Shown here: positions 1 through 11,633 of the stretch, in pieces | Position numbering within the stretch: the stretch's first letter is position 1 | Layout: the number at the start of each line of letters is the position of its first letter | From: Eledone cirrhosa | Taxonomy: Eukaryota | Direction: 5' to 3' | Length of the DNA: 64,000 nucleotides | Assembly (NCBI GenBank): GCA_964016885.1 | Contig: OZ024743.1 | Span: 360,964,001 to 361,028,000, forward strand | Program-made: the position numbers and the translations under genes | The notes under the pieces: model-generated | The model's input: only the letters and a program-made list of their open reading frames with translations | The model's database searches: none | Told to the model about the DNA's origin: nothing

Positions 1-1412
1 CAATACGGCATTGTCACGGTGGCAATGACTTTGATGGTGGGCTGACCTGTGTCACGCCACCCACCCCCCAACAAAAAAATAAACAGAGAGTTGATACGAA
101 TTAATCGTACAAATGTGTATATTTATGGGATTAATTCTCTGTGATTATCGATTATATATGAATAAAGTTCATAACAGGAAATTTTCTTTTATATTCATCT
201 TCAACACTTTCTAACTTACATTGATGATAAACAACAGCAACAAAAACAACGCAATAAACTAATAACTAGCAATAATTGGCAATGTCCACGGAAAGATATG
301 TTTGTTATTTTGATTAGTTTGTTTGCTTAGTCAAAAATAACATATTGGAAAATCAAAATAGAGAGAAAGAGTAGACGAGATAGATAAAGAAATGCATACA
401 AAGATCAGCAGAACTATGAATAGCTAGATATGTTGATTGTCTGGTAGTTATGCATGTAAGTTAATAAATCGGCAGTGCATGAGTGTGTGGGAGAGACACA
501 GTGAGAGAAATGATAATAGAAATACAGTAACGGTGCAAGGGCCGTGTTGTTGGTCGATAGGAACGGATTATTAAATATCAATTAGAATAAGGTTACAGCA
601 ATTAAGAAAAAAACACATAGATATACGCAATGAATATCTCTCTCCCTCTCTCTCTATCTATCTCTCTCTTTTTTTCTTAGTTGTGCGCTAGCAGCCGAAG
701 TATGTGATGAAGTTATATCGGTATATATACAGAATAGAAATAAGTAAGCCTGAGTAAATGTGTATATATATTTAAACATATTTAGTACATAGATATGTAA
801 ACATTCCAAATATCCATTATACTCTGTAAATTGAAAACCAACTGGTACTTACACATAACCAGTATTCAAAACTGGTCGAACATTCATTAGAATGAGTCTT
901 TTTCGAATTACAGGGAAAAACGTATATTTTGTATGTTTACGATTTCCACTCTTCTGTACCAAATGTAATAGAAACTCCCACGTTAAAATCTTAATAATAG
1001 CTATGAATTTAAATGAGATATATTAGAGACAGCAATGTAGAGAGCAGTTCATAGATAATTACTTTCATCCTCGATAGTTATATGCCAATGTAATATTATG
1101 TGCCTTTGTTGTGTCATCGTGTATCCCAGTGTCTGTTCAACGTGCCACTCAGCGAACTGATGACGAACAATATAGTCTCATTCAAGCTGAGCATTAACCT
1201 CTCACAGTTTGAAGACCTTCCTGTGTGGTGAAAGCCAACATCCTACACGTGGTGCCCCTAATATGGCTATCATAGAATAGTCTAACAGTTAACGGAGAAA
1301 TGTGTGCGGGTGTGGCGAGCCCCATTTATTCTAGCCATTAGAAAAAAAGCAAAATAAATGCATCACCTCCGAAGGAGGGATGACTCAAGAAGGAGAAGTG
1401 TAATATAATAAT

Positions 1413-1591
1413 TGTTTCTACTTTTGGCACAAGGCCAGAAATTAACCAGTACATTACTGGTACTTTATTTTATCGACCCCGTAATGATGAAAGGCAAACT
1501 TGATCTCGGCGGGATTTGAACTCAGTCTGTAAATGGACGTAACTATGCTGGAAAGCATGGCGTTCGACTCTATCGGTACTACCAATCCACC
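1413..1591 (-). mobile_element. tRNA-headed SINE (copy 1 of 5)
   Basis: Reverse complement of the SINE at 11420/34146/42690, with A-box-like TGGTAGTACCGA, B-box GAGTTCAAATC and central GCCTTTCATC..CGGGGTCGATAAAAT. Flanked by an 18-bp target-site duplication GAAGTGTAATATAATAAT (1395-1412 and 1592-1609). Confidence 0.9.
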
Positions 1592-1899
1592 GAAGTGTAA
1601 TATAATAATGTCTCAACGACGGACCTTTAGTAAGAACTACTAAGGTTTGGTTATATCATACTCCTGGGCTGCTTTTGAGAAAACTTTATAGCATCTACAC
1701 AATACACACTAGCGTATTATGTTGGAAACATGTTATTGCAGAATGTATTTCAGACTAAATGATTGTTGAATAACATGGTCACTTGGCTTACAAAAACAGA
1801 TAGCTATCTATACAATAACTACAAATATGTTCATTATCAAGTACTTGACGAGTCTCTATTGCTATATTTTAAATTTATTTAGGTACATACTTACATACA

Positions 1900-1931
1900 T
1901 ACATGCATACACACACACAGACACACATACA

Positions 1932-2000
<69 letters not shown>
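1900..2000. repeat. (CA)n/(TA)n compound microsatellite
   Basis: Seen directly; source of the YI-repeat ORFs. Confidence 0.95.
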
Positions 2001-2003
<3 letters not shown>

Positions 2004-2539
2004 CATACATTCATGCACAGAGACGGATGCACATGCAAATATATGTATAGATCATATAGATATACATTCATCCACTTTATAGTTTGCCAATTGTTAAACA
2101 TGTTATTATCTATTTAAAGTAATTACTTATAAATACTTTTATCTAGTTGGAGTGGTCATTGGGAAATAGCCTTCAGAATATCCTGATTCCATTGGTTCAA
2201 TAGACATTTCTAGAGTTTTATTCTAGTCAAACAAATATTATAATAAATATAAAGATGACAGTTAAAAATCTAGTCATAATTAGTAGACAAAATTTCTTTG
2301 CACCATAAAAAAAAATGCCGGAAAATATGATAAAGTGCAGACTTTGTCAGAAGAAATAAAAAATGATTGGTGGGTGTATATATATAAAGCCCCATTGCAT
2401 GTAAGTCTAATCACTCATCGTTAGACAATAGCACAGTGTCAAATATTGACACCTGTAGAACTGTGTTTTATTGTGATTGCTTCTCTGTTCCGGCTGCCGC
2501 TGTTGATTTTGTTTTGTTTTTTCGTATTTTATTTTTGTA

Positions 2540-3060
2540 GTTACCGGTCAATCCTTAATATGATCAAATGGGGACTGGTTCGCACGACTTCGTTCCGGTG
2601 ATTATAGTTTTGAGGATCACGCAGGACGTTCGTCCGACTTCAATGAAGAACAACTGCTTCAGCTGAGGCAAACAGACATACCTCAACAATTTAACAGATT
2701 AGCGGCGAAAATCGTACAGGGGCGCTCCGACCATGGTCCTATACGATTGAGTCGTGAGAACGCTGGGCCGCATACGTCAAGTGTAACCCATGAGAAGCTG
2801 CTGGAGCTTGGATGGAAGGTTCTGCTCAGCCCACCGTTTTCCTTCACCTTGAACCTACATACTATCACTTTTTTCTTTCAATGAGCAATGCAAGGCTGTC
2901 AAAAACCTACGCCAACAAAGTCCACTTGAATCAGCGTCTGAATGAATTATTAGCATCAAGCCAGAAGAATTTTACAGCGACGGAATCATGTCACTTCCTA
3001 AACGATGGCAGACTGTAATCACAAATGTTGGCGATTATTTTGACTTTTAAAATTTTCCTA
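2540..3060 (+). mobile_element. Decayed mariner (Tc1/mariner) transposase fragment
   Basis: Broken frames read RSGRPSDFNEEQL-like and KLLELGWKVLLSPPF..PTYYHFFLSMSN, resembling the mariner WEVLPHPPYSPDLAPSDYHLF region. Confidence 0.7.
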
Positions 3061-4185
3061 AACCTAAAGAATGCCCAAGTCAATAAAAAATTGAAAGAGG
3101 GCGAGAAGAATCTGTTTCAGGTAAATGTTAGACTGCTGAACACATGATGTAATATATTTAAGAAGGTATGGTGTGATAGCATGAGGATTTAACTGCTATT
3201 TATTTCAGTGGGATTGATCATATTGTTGAATCATTTGTTGGGTAGTTATATAAATGTTGTTGCTGTTGCTGTATTAATAATTCTATTATGTTTGAAGTTA
3301 GGAATCTTGTGTGCACCACATACTAGCGCTGCAGATAGTGTGGCATTTACTACAATCAGTGTTGTAAATACTAATTACAATTATAATACAATACATATAA
3401 TGTAGCCTTAAATCTATCTGTTCCATCAACAAAATAATATTTTTGGAGGTTAATTTATTGTGGTTATTGAGGTTATTGATAAACGTATGAATGCGGGACT
3501 GGAAAACGAAATAAATAAATATATTTGATACAGCAAATCAAAGTTATAATATATATGAGGTTTTAAAAGAGCTCAATTTCATATTCGATCACAGGGTAAA
3601 ACTCTACATGTTGTATTGAAGTGTATCAAAATATTATCGATACCGTTTGTGTATGATTTTTTACTTCAATATACATCTGAGCATACCCACCCAAGAATAT
3701 AACTGGATTGAAATATTTACAAGATAATTAAATGTTAGAGAATGTATCATAACAACATCGACTCAAGAACAGATAGAGAAAAATGGAGATACAATATATT
3801 TCGGCTCCACATAGAAATATATCTGCCAATGCTTCCTGTTTTAACTCCATGTTAGCGTAGCATTTTGTGCCATAACAAATATATCCAGTTCCCCAAATTA
3901 AACGATTCTAATCAATCATAAAAAACAGATTCCTTGTCACACGTCTTGATTTTTCCCAGGTTCATAAAAGATCGAAGGTCAAAAGCGGACGCAAATGAAA
4001 TTCTGAAGATTTCTCTATCTTTATGAGATTGTATCTCACTTTCATTTACAACGCCATTGTTACATTATTAAACAAAATCTACATAACTAGTGGCGCGTAG
4101 ATAAATTTTGCATGTCATGCAAGTATCTAAAAAAAATGTGCTACTCTTTACATTACACACACACACGCACACGCACACGCACACG

Positions 4186-4226
<41 letters not shown>

Positions 4227-4371
4227 TTAGTTTTGCGAGGTTTTTGAGAACGGAATAAATTAAATTAACCGATATAAAAGACACAAAAGCGAAAACCAAC
4301 CAAGCAGTGAGTGTGTTCTGTTATTAATACTGGCAATATTATTACACAAATATGACCCGCCCCAAGTATAA
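4227..4371 (-). repeat. Short interspersed repeat, intact copy (split copy at 40966-41091 + 42650-42671)
   Basis: Its reverse complement matches 40966-41091 and continues into 42650-42671. It sits between (CA)n and (TA)n tracts. Confidence 0.8.
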
Positions 4372-4384
4372 TAATATATATATT

Positions 4385-4451
<67 letters not shown>

Positions 4452-4469
4452 AGGGCGGGTAAAATTCCC

Positions 4470-4650
4470 GAGATCCATGTACGAGTTCTCTCCAGCGGTC
4501 TCTGTCCCTCATAATCGCTGCCATGTCCTGCGTCTCCAAGAGACCACTGACTGTTCTTAGGGCGTCAACATATGTTAACCTCGGTTTTCCTCTTCCAGTA
4601 TGTCCATGCAGTGCCTCCCACAGGAGCCTTGAGTGCTGTGTCAACTCCGA
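4470..4650 (-). mobile_element. RTE-clade LINE 3' fragment
   Basis: LLWEALHGHTGRGKPRLTYVDAL...MRDRDRWRELV is a typical RTE ORF C-terminus. Confidence 0.75.
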
Positions 4651-5945
4651 ATGTCGGTAAAACAAAACAAAACAAGAGAGAAAAAGAAACTTGTCCATTG
4701 TGGGTCTCTGCAAACGGAAAAGAGTCAGTCCCATATTCTGACGGCAGCAGCAGCAGCATAAGGGATGTTGGCGGGAGTAATAGTAGAGGTGCTAGTAGTG
4801 GAGAAAAGTGATGATAAAGTAAGAAATAAAAAGTTCCAGAGTTATATGTCCTTGACACTGTTTTCCAATCATTAAGAGGTTTTGTTTGACCAGGATCTTT
4901 GCTATGATCATCGTGGCATCTGGTTGTATTACAGCTAATTCTGCATTAGATCGGAAAATATTTGCTATTAAGTTAGAATGTTTTTCCTCATTAAATTTCC
5001 TGCATGCTGATTGTAGGCTTTATTGGCTTCGGGTCGATAATGAGCATGCAGGGGTTTTAATGAGAAAATACAATTTGACATAATAACAGATGTTTTGATA
5101 ATCCAACACGGAGAAAACGAGTTTTGCTAAACGACACCAATGTTTGTTCATGTCATAAAGGTATTTTATATACATACCAGGTACGCTTTTGAATTTTTTT
5201 TTATTATTAGTTTCTTTAAATATATAAATATGTGTGTTAGTGTGTGTGAATGTGTGTATGTGTGTATGTGTGTTTATATGGGTGGGGGGGTCATAGTCAT
5301 TTGATGGGCAATCTATTGCAAAATAATAATTGAAACTCTGTATAGATATTCAGTGTGACAGAGTGTGTGACAAGGTGGGTCCTTATAGATACAGTTCATC
5401 TTGTATTTTAGTGTCAGTGGATATACATTCTATAGATACTTGTGTATATATGTATTATTGGAAACAACGTCTTATATATGAGTGTACGTGTGTGTGTGTG
5501 AATGTGTGTGTGTTTGTATGGGTGTGGGTGTGGGTGGGTGTGCATGTGTATGTGTGTGTGTGCGTGTGTATGTGTATGTGTATGTGTGAGTGAGTGCGTG
5601 CGTGTGTGGGTGTTGGTTACGTGTGACAGAGTTAGACAGAGCGGGGGTGAGTGTGAGTAGGTGGGACGAAAGTGGACAGGAAAAGCAACAAAGTATTAAA
5701 CAAACTAAGAGATCAAAGATGTAAAAATGAAAAAAAACATCACAATCAAGCCAGAAGAGAATAAAAAATGTCTACCGAAAATCCAAACAAGACAAAGAAG
5801 AAATAGCTACCAAATATATGAAAACAATGAGACACACCTGCTAGAAATAGACTAAATGATATTCTGGAAGTTCATTCGCCATATTTAATCAGCAGCGAAG
5901 CAATAGATGCATTCGATTTTCCAGGAGTTTAGAATAAAAATTACA

Positions 5946-5952
5946 ATAATAA

Positions 5953-5984
<32 letters not shown>

Positions 5985-8565
5985 ATTTCTTTATTAACCA
6001 CAAGGGTTTACATAAAGTAGACATTAAGGACAGTACAGGACAATACAGGGCGGTAGAAATGGGCATTTCTGCGTGTAAAAAAACAAGAAACAGAGGACGT
6101 AATAATAGAACAATGAAAACATTCCCCAATAGGGGGGAGACTTCCGAGGGACATTCGTGGAGAAAGCCCATTAAAAAGCCACAGTGACCCTGACCACCAG
6201 GGCAAGTGCCCTCTCCCAGTTTTCCACCTTTAATTTACAGACACATACTCAGAGTAGGCCCATTCACTCGGGCCATTCTAGCCTCTCTCACCCATCTTTC
6301 AACAAAATGCTGGGAAGAGAGCACTTCCCTTTCTACCCTGATTTTCCTTTTCAAATGAAATTTGAAAAAGTCAATCAGGGCATCACCGAAGAGGTAAGTG
6401 CTCGTCTTCAGCCCTTTCAAACGTGTCCACCATACTATCTCTTTCGCCATGGCCACCAGACAGATAAACCTGTTGAAATGGAGTGGAAAAGATGGGAAAA
6501 ACCACTTACCTTACTTCTCGTAGAGGAAGGATGGTGTGTCAATCCTTTTCACTGCTTGTGGCCTCCTCCGGAAGGATGTCCTTATAAATCCTCCTGGAGA
6601 GTGTTTGTCGGAAGTCTCCGATGTCTTTGGGGAATTTTTGTTTTAGTGTCATGTACGTTTTCTGTGTGATGCGAGTGATTTGAATGTGTGGAGGTGGTGT
6701 TAACTTTTGGGTTGTTGTGTAGTCTTTTTCTGTGATGCTGGTGTTGTGTTGCATGTAGTTTAATAATTGGTGGTTGTTCAAATTTAATGCTGTGTAGTGT
6801 GTATCGTATTGGTTGTTTTGTTTTGTTTGCGTTCGTTCTGGGTTTGTTACTGTTACGCTTTTTGGTGACTTTTGTGGTGTTGGTGATGGTGGTGTTGGGG
6901 TTAATGATGGTGATGGTGTTGGTGTTTGTGGTGATGGGGTTGGTGATGCTGGTGTGGATAGTGGCATATCTGTCTTAACTTTCTTGTTCGATAATTTATT
7001 TGTTTCCCTCTGTATATTGTTTTTTGAGGGGGAGGGAAGAGAATTTTTTTCCTTTTTCGTTTCTTTTTTCTTTTTTCCTGATACCGTTTTCCACTCCTCG
7101 TCGTCACAATCTGTCTCCAGTTGCGATAAGCCGGGGAGTGGAAAATCCTCCACAGGCGTTGATTTTGGTTGTGGCGTGGTGGATGGTGTAGGCGCTGGTG
7201 CTAGTTCTGGGGCGTTGGGTGGTGGTGGTGTTGGTTTTGCTACTGTTGCTGGGGTTGTTGCTGTTACAGTTGCTTCTGTTGTTGTTGCTACAGTTGTTGC
7301 TGCTATTTCTGCTGCTGGTGGTGTTGATGGTTGAGTCACTGGGGTGGGTAAGAGAGGTGGCTTCAACCTTTTAGCCTGAGGGCAAAAAGCCCTTAGGTCG
7401 GTTCCTTCACCACAAACGACACACCTAGGTCTTCTTCCCTCGACGATTACGGTGAGGTGACTGCCGTCAGTGAGGTCTATTACCTCTGGGATCTCCTCAA
7501 TGCTTTTATGGTCCGCTTGGATCAGGAGCTCCATCCCATATCCGGACCAGTTCTCATGCTTTTCTTTTGCTATTTCTATTATTTTGGTGTTGGCTTCGAT
7601 GCGGGCGAGGACGGCAGCCATTAGCCAGGGAATTTCGATGGCCGGTGGAATGTGGGTCACGCTGTTCTTCACAAGTCTCTGGCCACAATAGCTTGGGATG
7701 AGTGTGAAGTCGTCACTTCTTAATGGGGTCATGGAGTGTTCGCTGGCTTCCTGTGATGTTTCAAAGAACACGTCCACGGTTCCATACTTCTGATGTGGTT
7801 TTTTTCCCCACACATTTCCCAAAGAGTTTTGGATTTGGGACTCGGATGCCCGTTCCACTCAGCGCGATTTTATGTTAATCGTCCGATAAGACACGGTGCA
7901 TAGGCGCCGATGCTCCATTTTATTAGGTGGGGGGAGGGACCCTGTACCCATCTTTCTTTACCATTCTCTTGGCTTCATCTAATTCCTCCTGAGTTTCCTG
8001 GATTGCTTAGCATTCTTTGGTTGCTTTGGCAAACGTCGCAGTGGTGTTGATGTATTTGTTGTTATTTTCATTGTTGCTGTTGCTGTTGTTGTTATTGTTA
8101 ATTTTGTTATTGTTATTTTTAGATTTAGTTGTGGTATTCGGTGTTGAAGAGTCGATTTTGGGTGAATCCATTTCGATGTCACGAGATAATTTATTTTTTT
8201 CTTTTGTTTCTGTTGTCGCTGTGGTGGTGGTGGTAGCGGCTTCAACACCTACTTATATTTTTAGTGTTGGCAAATGTAGTAATAGTTACAATGGTGGTGT
8301 TGGTGTGAGGTGTTAGTTTGTAAGGAAGGTTCTCAGCTGCTTGGTGTAGCTGTGAGTCGTCCATGATTTTTTCAAAGAAATTTTTGTTTGATTATTATAA
8401 AAGTTTAAAGGCTCCAATCTTTTTCAGTGTCCTTTTCCGAAAGGAAATTATGTGACCTTATAAATACTTAACAAAATGTTTTTTCCATAAATGGCAATTT
8501 GAAACAACTGAAAACAACAAACCTTTGCGGAGCTCACGATGATACGATTTCCTACGTAGGTCGCC
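5946..8565 (-). mobile_element. Tx1-clade LINE family A, internally deleted (ORF1 + 3' end), flanked by (TAA)n
   Basis: Same 5' end (GGCGACCTACGTAG) and 3' UTR as the plus-strand copies. ORF2 is deleted from its start codon position (about 6469) to the last ~75 codons. (TAA)n at 5946-5983 and 8566-8615. Confidence 0.92.
6539..7858 (-). CDS. Tx1 ORF1 (gag-like; zinc knuckle, Pro/Thr-rich linker); N-terminal part frameshifted to about 8250
   Basis: 439-aa ORF with CVVCGEGTDLRAFC (CCHC knuckle, H changed to D in this copy). Closely similar to 12388-13706. Confidence 0.8.
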   Translation of the reverse strand: MERASESQIQNSLGNVWGKKPHQKYGTVDVFFETSQEASEHSMTPLRSDDFTLIPSYCGQRLVKNSVTHIPPAIEIPWLMAAVLARIEANTKIIEIAKEKHENWSGYGMELLIQADHKSIEEIPEVIDLTDGSHLTVIVEGRRPRCVVCGEGTDLRAFCPQAKRLKPPLLPTPVTQPSTPPAAEIAATTVATTTEATVTATTPATVAKPTPPPPNAPELAPAPTPSTTPQPKSTPVEDFPLPGLSQLETDCDDEEWKTVSGKKKKETKKEKNSLPSPSKNNIQRETNKLSNKKVKTDMPLSTPASPTPSPQTPTPSPSLTPTPPSPTPQKSPKSVTVTNPERTQTKQNNQYDTHYTALNLNNHQLLNYMQHNTSITEKDYTTTQKLTPPPHIQITRITQKTYMTLKQKFPKDIGDFRQTLSRRIYKDILPEEATSSEKD

Positions 8566-8615
<50 letters not shown>

Positions 8616-8616
<1 letters not shown>

Positions 8617-9609
8617 CAGCATAGAGGACTGTGTTCAGATGGAGTAAAACAACCTACACAAATACGTGACCGATAGTAAGGAGCCAATGCTCAGAATTGT
8701 ACTGAAGGAGAGGACAATAGACCAGGGGATCTCCAAGGAGGATATAACAACGAGGAGAAAGAGCAACCTTCATGAAAAATCCTTCATATACCTTCTTTGA
8801 GACAACGGAATTCAGAGAACCACAGACATGGAACTGGTTGAGAAGAGGAGACCTTAAAAAGGCTACAGAAGGAATGCTAATGGCTGCCCAAGAGCAGGCC
8901 CTCAACATGAAGTGGCTGAAACACCATATTTACAAGGAGGAGGCTAGCCCACTGTGCAGGATCTGTGGAGAGAGAGAGGAGACTGTGGCTCACATTGTAT
9001 CGGAGTGTAAACACCTAGCCCAGACTCACTATAAAGGCTGGAGACATGATGTGATGGGCAGGGAGATCCACTGGCACCTATGCAAAGTAAACAATTTACC
9101 ACAATCTGAGAAGTGGTATGAGCATCAGCCAGAGTCGGAGATAGAAAAAGATCAGGTGAAGGTGCTATGGGATTTCAGGATACAGACGGACAAGAAACTG
9201 GAACACAATAGAACACAATAGACCTTACCTGGTGGTTTTGGACAAGGAAAAAAGATCGGGCCTGATTGTGGATGTGGCCTGTCCATTCGACACGAGAGTG
9301 CAAGAGAAGGAGAGGGAAAAAATTAACCGATACCAGGACTTAAAGTGGGAGGTAAAAAGGATTTGGAACTGCCATGAAGTCAAAGTGGTCCCGATTGTCA
9401 TAGGCGCACTATGTACTATCTCAAAAAGTTTCCGGGATGGTTAAAGAAAATTGGCCCCGCCCCGCTTTTTGGAACACTTCAAAAGGCATGCTTGCTGGGA
9501 ACAGCAAGAACTCTCCGATACGTCCTGAATATCTGAGGCTGCAGGTAGTGGCTTGATATTCATTTCAACACACTTTCCAGTTAACTAACATCAATGACTG
9601 AGATTCAAA

Positions 9610-9645
<36 letters not shown>
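8616..9645 (+). mobile_element. R4/Dong-clade RLE LINE, 5'-truncated, (TAA)n tail
   Basis: AAQEQAL, CRICGEREETVAHIVSEC (CCHC), RHD, LWDF.IQTD, PDL..., DVACPFD, K..RYQDL are restriction-like endonuclease motifs. Ends in (AAT)n 9611-9645. Confidence 0.92.

Positions 9646-9688
<43 letters not shown>
9611..9688. repeat. (AAT)n(ATT)n self-complementary microsatellite
   Basis: Polarity switches at about 9646. Confidence 0.95.
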
Positions 9689-9689
<1 letters not shown>

Positions 9690-9694
9690 CTTTT

Positions 9695-11413
9695 GCTCTG
9701 TGGTGAGAGTGAACAGTCACCTTTAGGAACCGTTCAACTTCATGCGCTAAGTCCGCCAAGGTTGTCCCGTTTCGTCCCTCTTCTACGTATTGACACTCGA
9801 GCAATTACTGCATATGAGGACGATGTCACCGTAGTGGTGCCGAACACCAAACATATCCAGGCGATCGGCACTACACTAGGAGAATACGAAGCGGTGGCAG
9901 GAGCCATCAACCAGGAAAAGTCAGTGGGATTGCAGCTCGGCACATGGAGAGGCAGGTCCATGCCGTCCAACAGCGTCGTCGGGCACTGGACGGACGGACC
10001 GGTTAAATTGCTAGACTCCCAGACGGACAAAAACTGGGACGAGGTGACGAGCAGGGTGGATTCTCTCACCCAGAAATGGGCGGAGAGGAAGTTATCCCTG
10101 AAAGGTCGAGTGGAGGTGGCTAACGCGTACATCGCGTCCGTCATCTACTACCGCCTGACCGTCGTACGTTGTCCTAGGCCCCGCCTGACTGCGATAGAGC
10201 GTCAGCTCTTTCGCTTTTCGTGGAAGGGACGCGCTCCGATGGCCAGGCGGTCCATCTGCTGTCAACACCCTCTACCTGGAGGGCTGGGCATGCCGTGGCT
10301 GATGATGCGCAGACACGCGCCCAGGCTACGACATCTCCACGTCTTCTTCGACGGCGATCATGTGTGGTCGCCGTTTGCTAGACGCGTCTTTCCCCAGCTT
10401 GTCTCCTTGACGGAGCTGCAGTTCTGGGTCAAGCGAAGACCGAGAGGGAGCGCTTGGAGACTGGAATGTCTTCAGGCGCTAACAGCCCTCGACCAATCGG
10501 GCAATGTGATCGGTGGAAGCTCCACCTTGGCGTTCTATAAGGGATTAGTGGAGGGTAAGAGCGACGACGTACTTGGGAAAACTCTAGGCGTCGACGAAAA
10601 TCAACTAGCCAATCTCTCCGGAAGAACTTTCGGGCCGGGGCCTATGGACAACTTCCAGAAATCCCTGGCTTGGATGTGCTACCGAGGAGCTTTGCCAGTT
10701 CGGGATAAACTCTATAGGCATGGAGGTGCCGTCAGCCGGGCATGTCCGAGATGCGCGCAGGGCGACTAAACCGTCCTACATGCACTCATCCAGTGTCCGA
10801 GCATTGCTGACTTGTGGGTTTATGTCGAACACCTGCTGTCGCGTGTAAGACGGATCCAGCTATCAGCTGAGTCCATCGTGAGGATTGCCGCGCCCTCTTA
10901 CTTTAGCCCGGAAGGGCAGGCAGTTTTTATCTGTCTGGTGGCCATGGCGAAAGAGATAGTATGGTGGACACGTTTGAAAGGGCTGAAGACGAGCACTTAC
11001 CTCTTCGGTGATGCCCTGATTAACTTTTTCAAATTTCATTTGAAAAGGAAAATCAGAGTAAAGAGGGAAATGCTCTCTTCCCAGCATGTTGTTGAAAGAT
11101 GGTTAGAGAAGCAAGTATGGCCCGAGTGAATGGGCCAACTCTGAGGATGTGTCTGTAAATTAAAGGTGTAAAACTGGGAGAGGGCACTTTCCCTGGTGGT
11201 CAGGGTCACTGTGGCTTTTAATGAGATTTCTCAACGAATGTCCCTCGGAAGTCTCCCCCCTATTGGGGAATTTTTTCATTGTTCTATAATTACATCCTCC
11301 GTTATTTTGTTTTTTTACACGCAGAAAGGCCCTTTTGTACCGTCCTGTATTGTCATGTACTGTCCTTAATGTTTACTTTATGTAAACCCTTGTGGTTAAT
11401 AAAGAAAGCATTA
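9695..11413 (+). mobile_element. Tx1-clade LINE family A, 5'-truncated ORF2 + 3' UTR
   Basis: Matches 17160-18923, with YEDD (degenerate YADD), LSLKGR, GGLG and a CPRC..ET..H....C zinc finger; stops and frameshifts present. Confidence 0.92.
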
Positions 11414-11419
11414 TATGAT

Positions 11420-11600
11420 GGTGGATTGGCAGTATCGGTAGAGGGTCGGACGCCATGCTTTCCAGCATAGTTATGTCCCTTTACGATCTGAGTTCAAATG
11501 CAGCCGAGGCTGACTTTGCCTTTCATCCTTACGGGGTCGATAAAATAAAGTCCCAGTAATGCACTGGATAATTGCTGGCTTTGTGTCTAACGTAGAAACA

Positions 11601-11633
<33 letters not shown>
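11420..11633 (+). mobile_element. tRNA-headed SINE with (TTA)n tail, inserted in a Tx1 tail
   Basis: A box TGGCAGTATCGG, B box GAGTTCAAAT, central domain resembling the Meta-SINE core, (TTA)n 11602-11633. Confidence 0.9.

Noticed and set aside
1150-1220. CTGATGA hammerhead core
   Set aside because: No stem II/GAAA arrangement.
1827-2117. ORFs rich in YI/HT/CV/RE/poly-L repeats, here and throughout the window
   Set aside because: They are translations of microsatellites, not genes.
11420-11500. tRNA gene
   Set aside because: A/B boxes belong to the SINE head; no complete cloverleaf.
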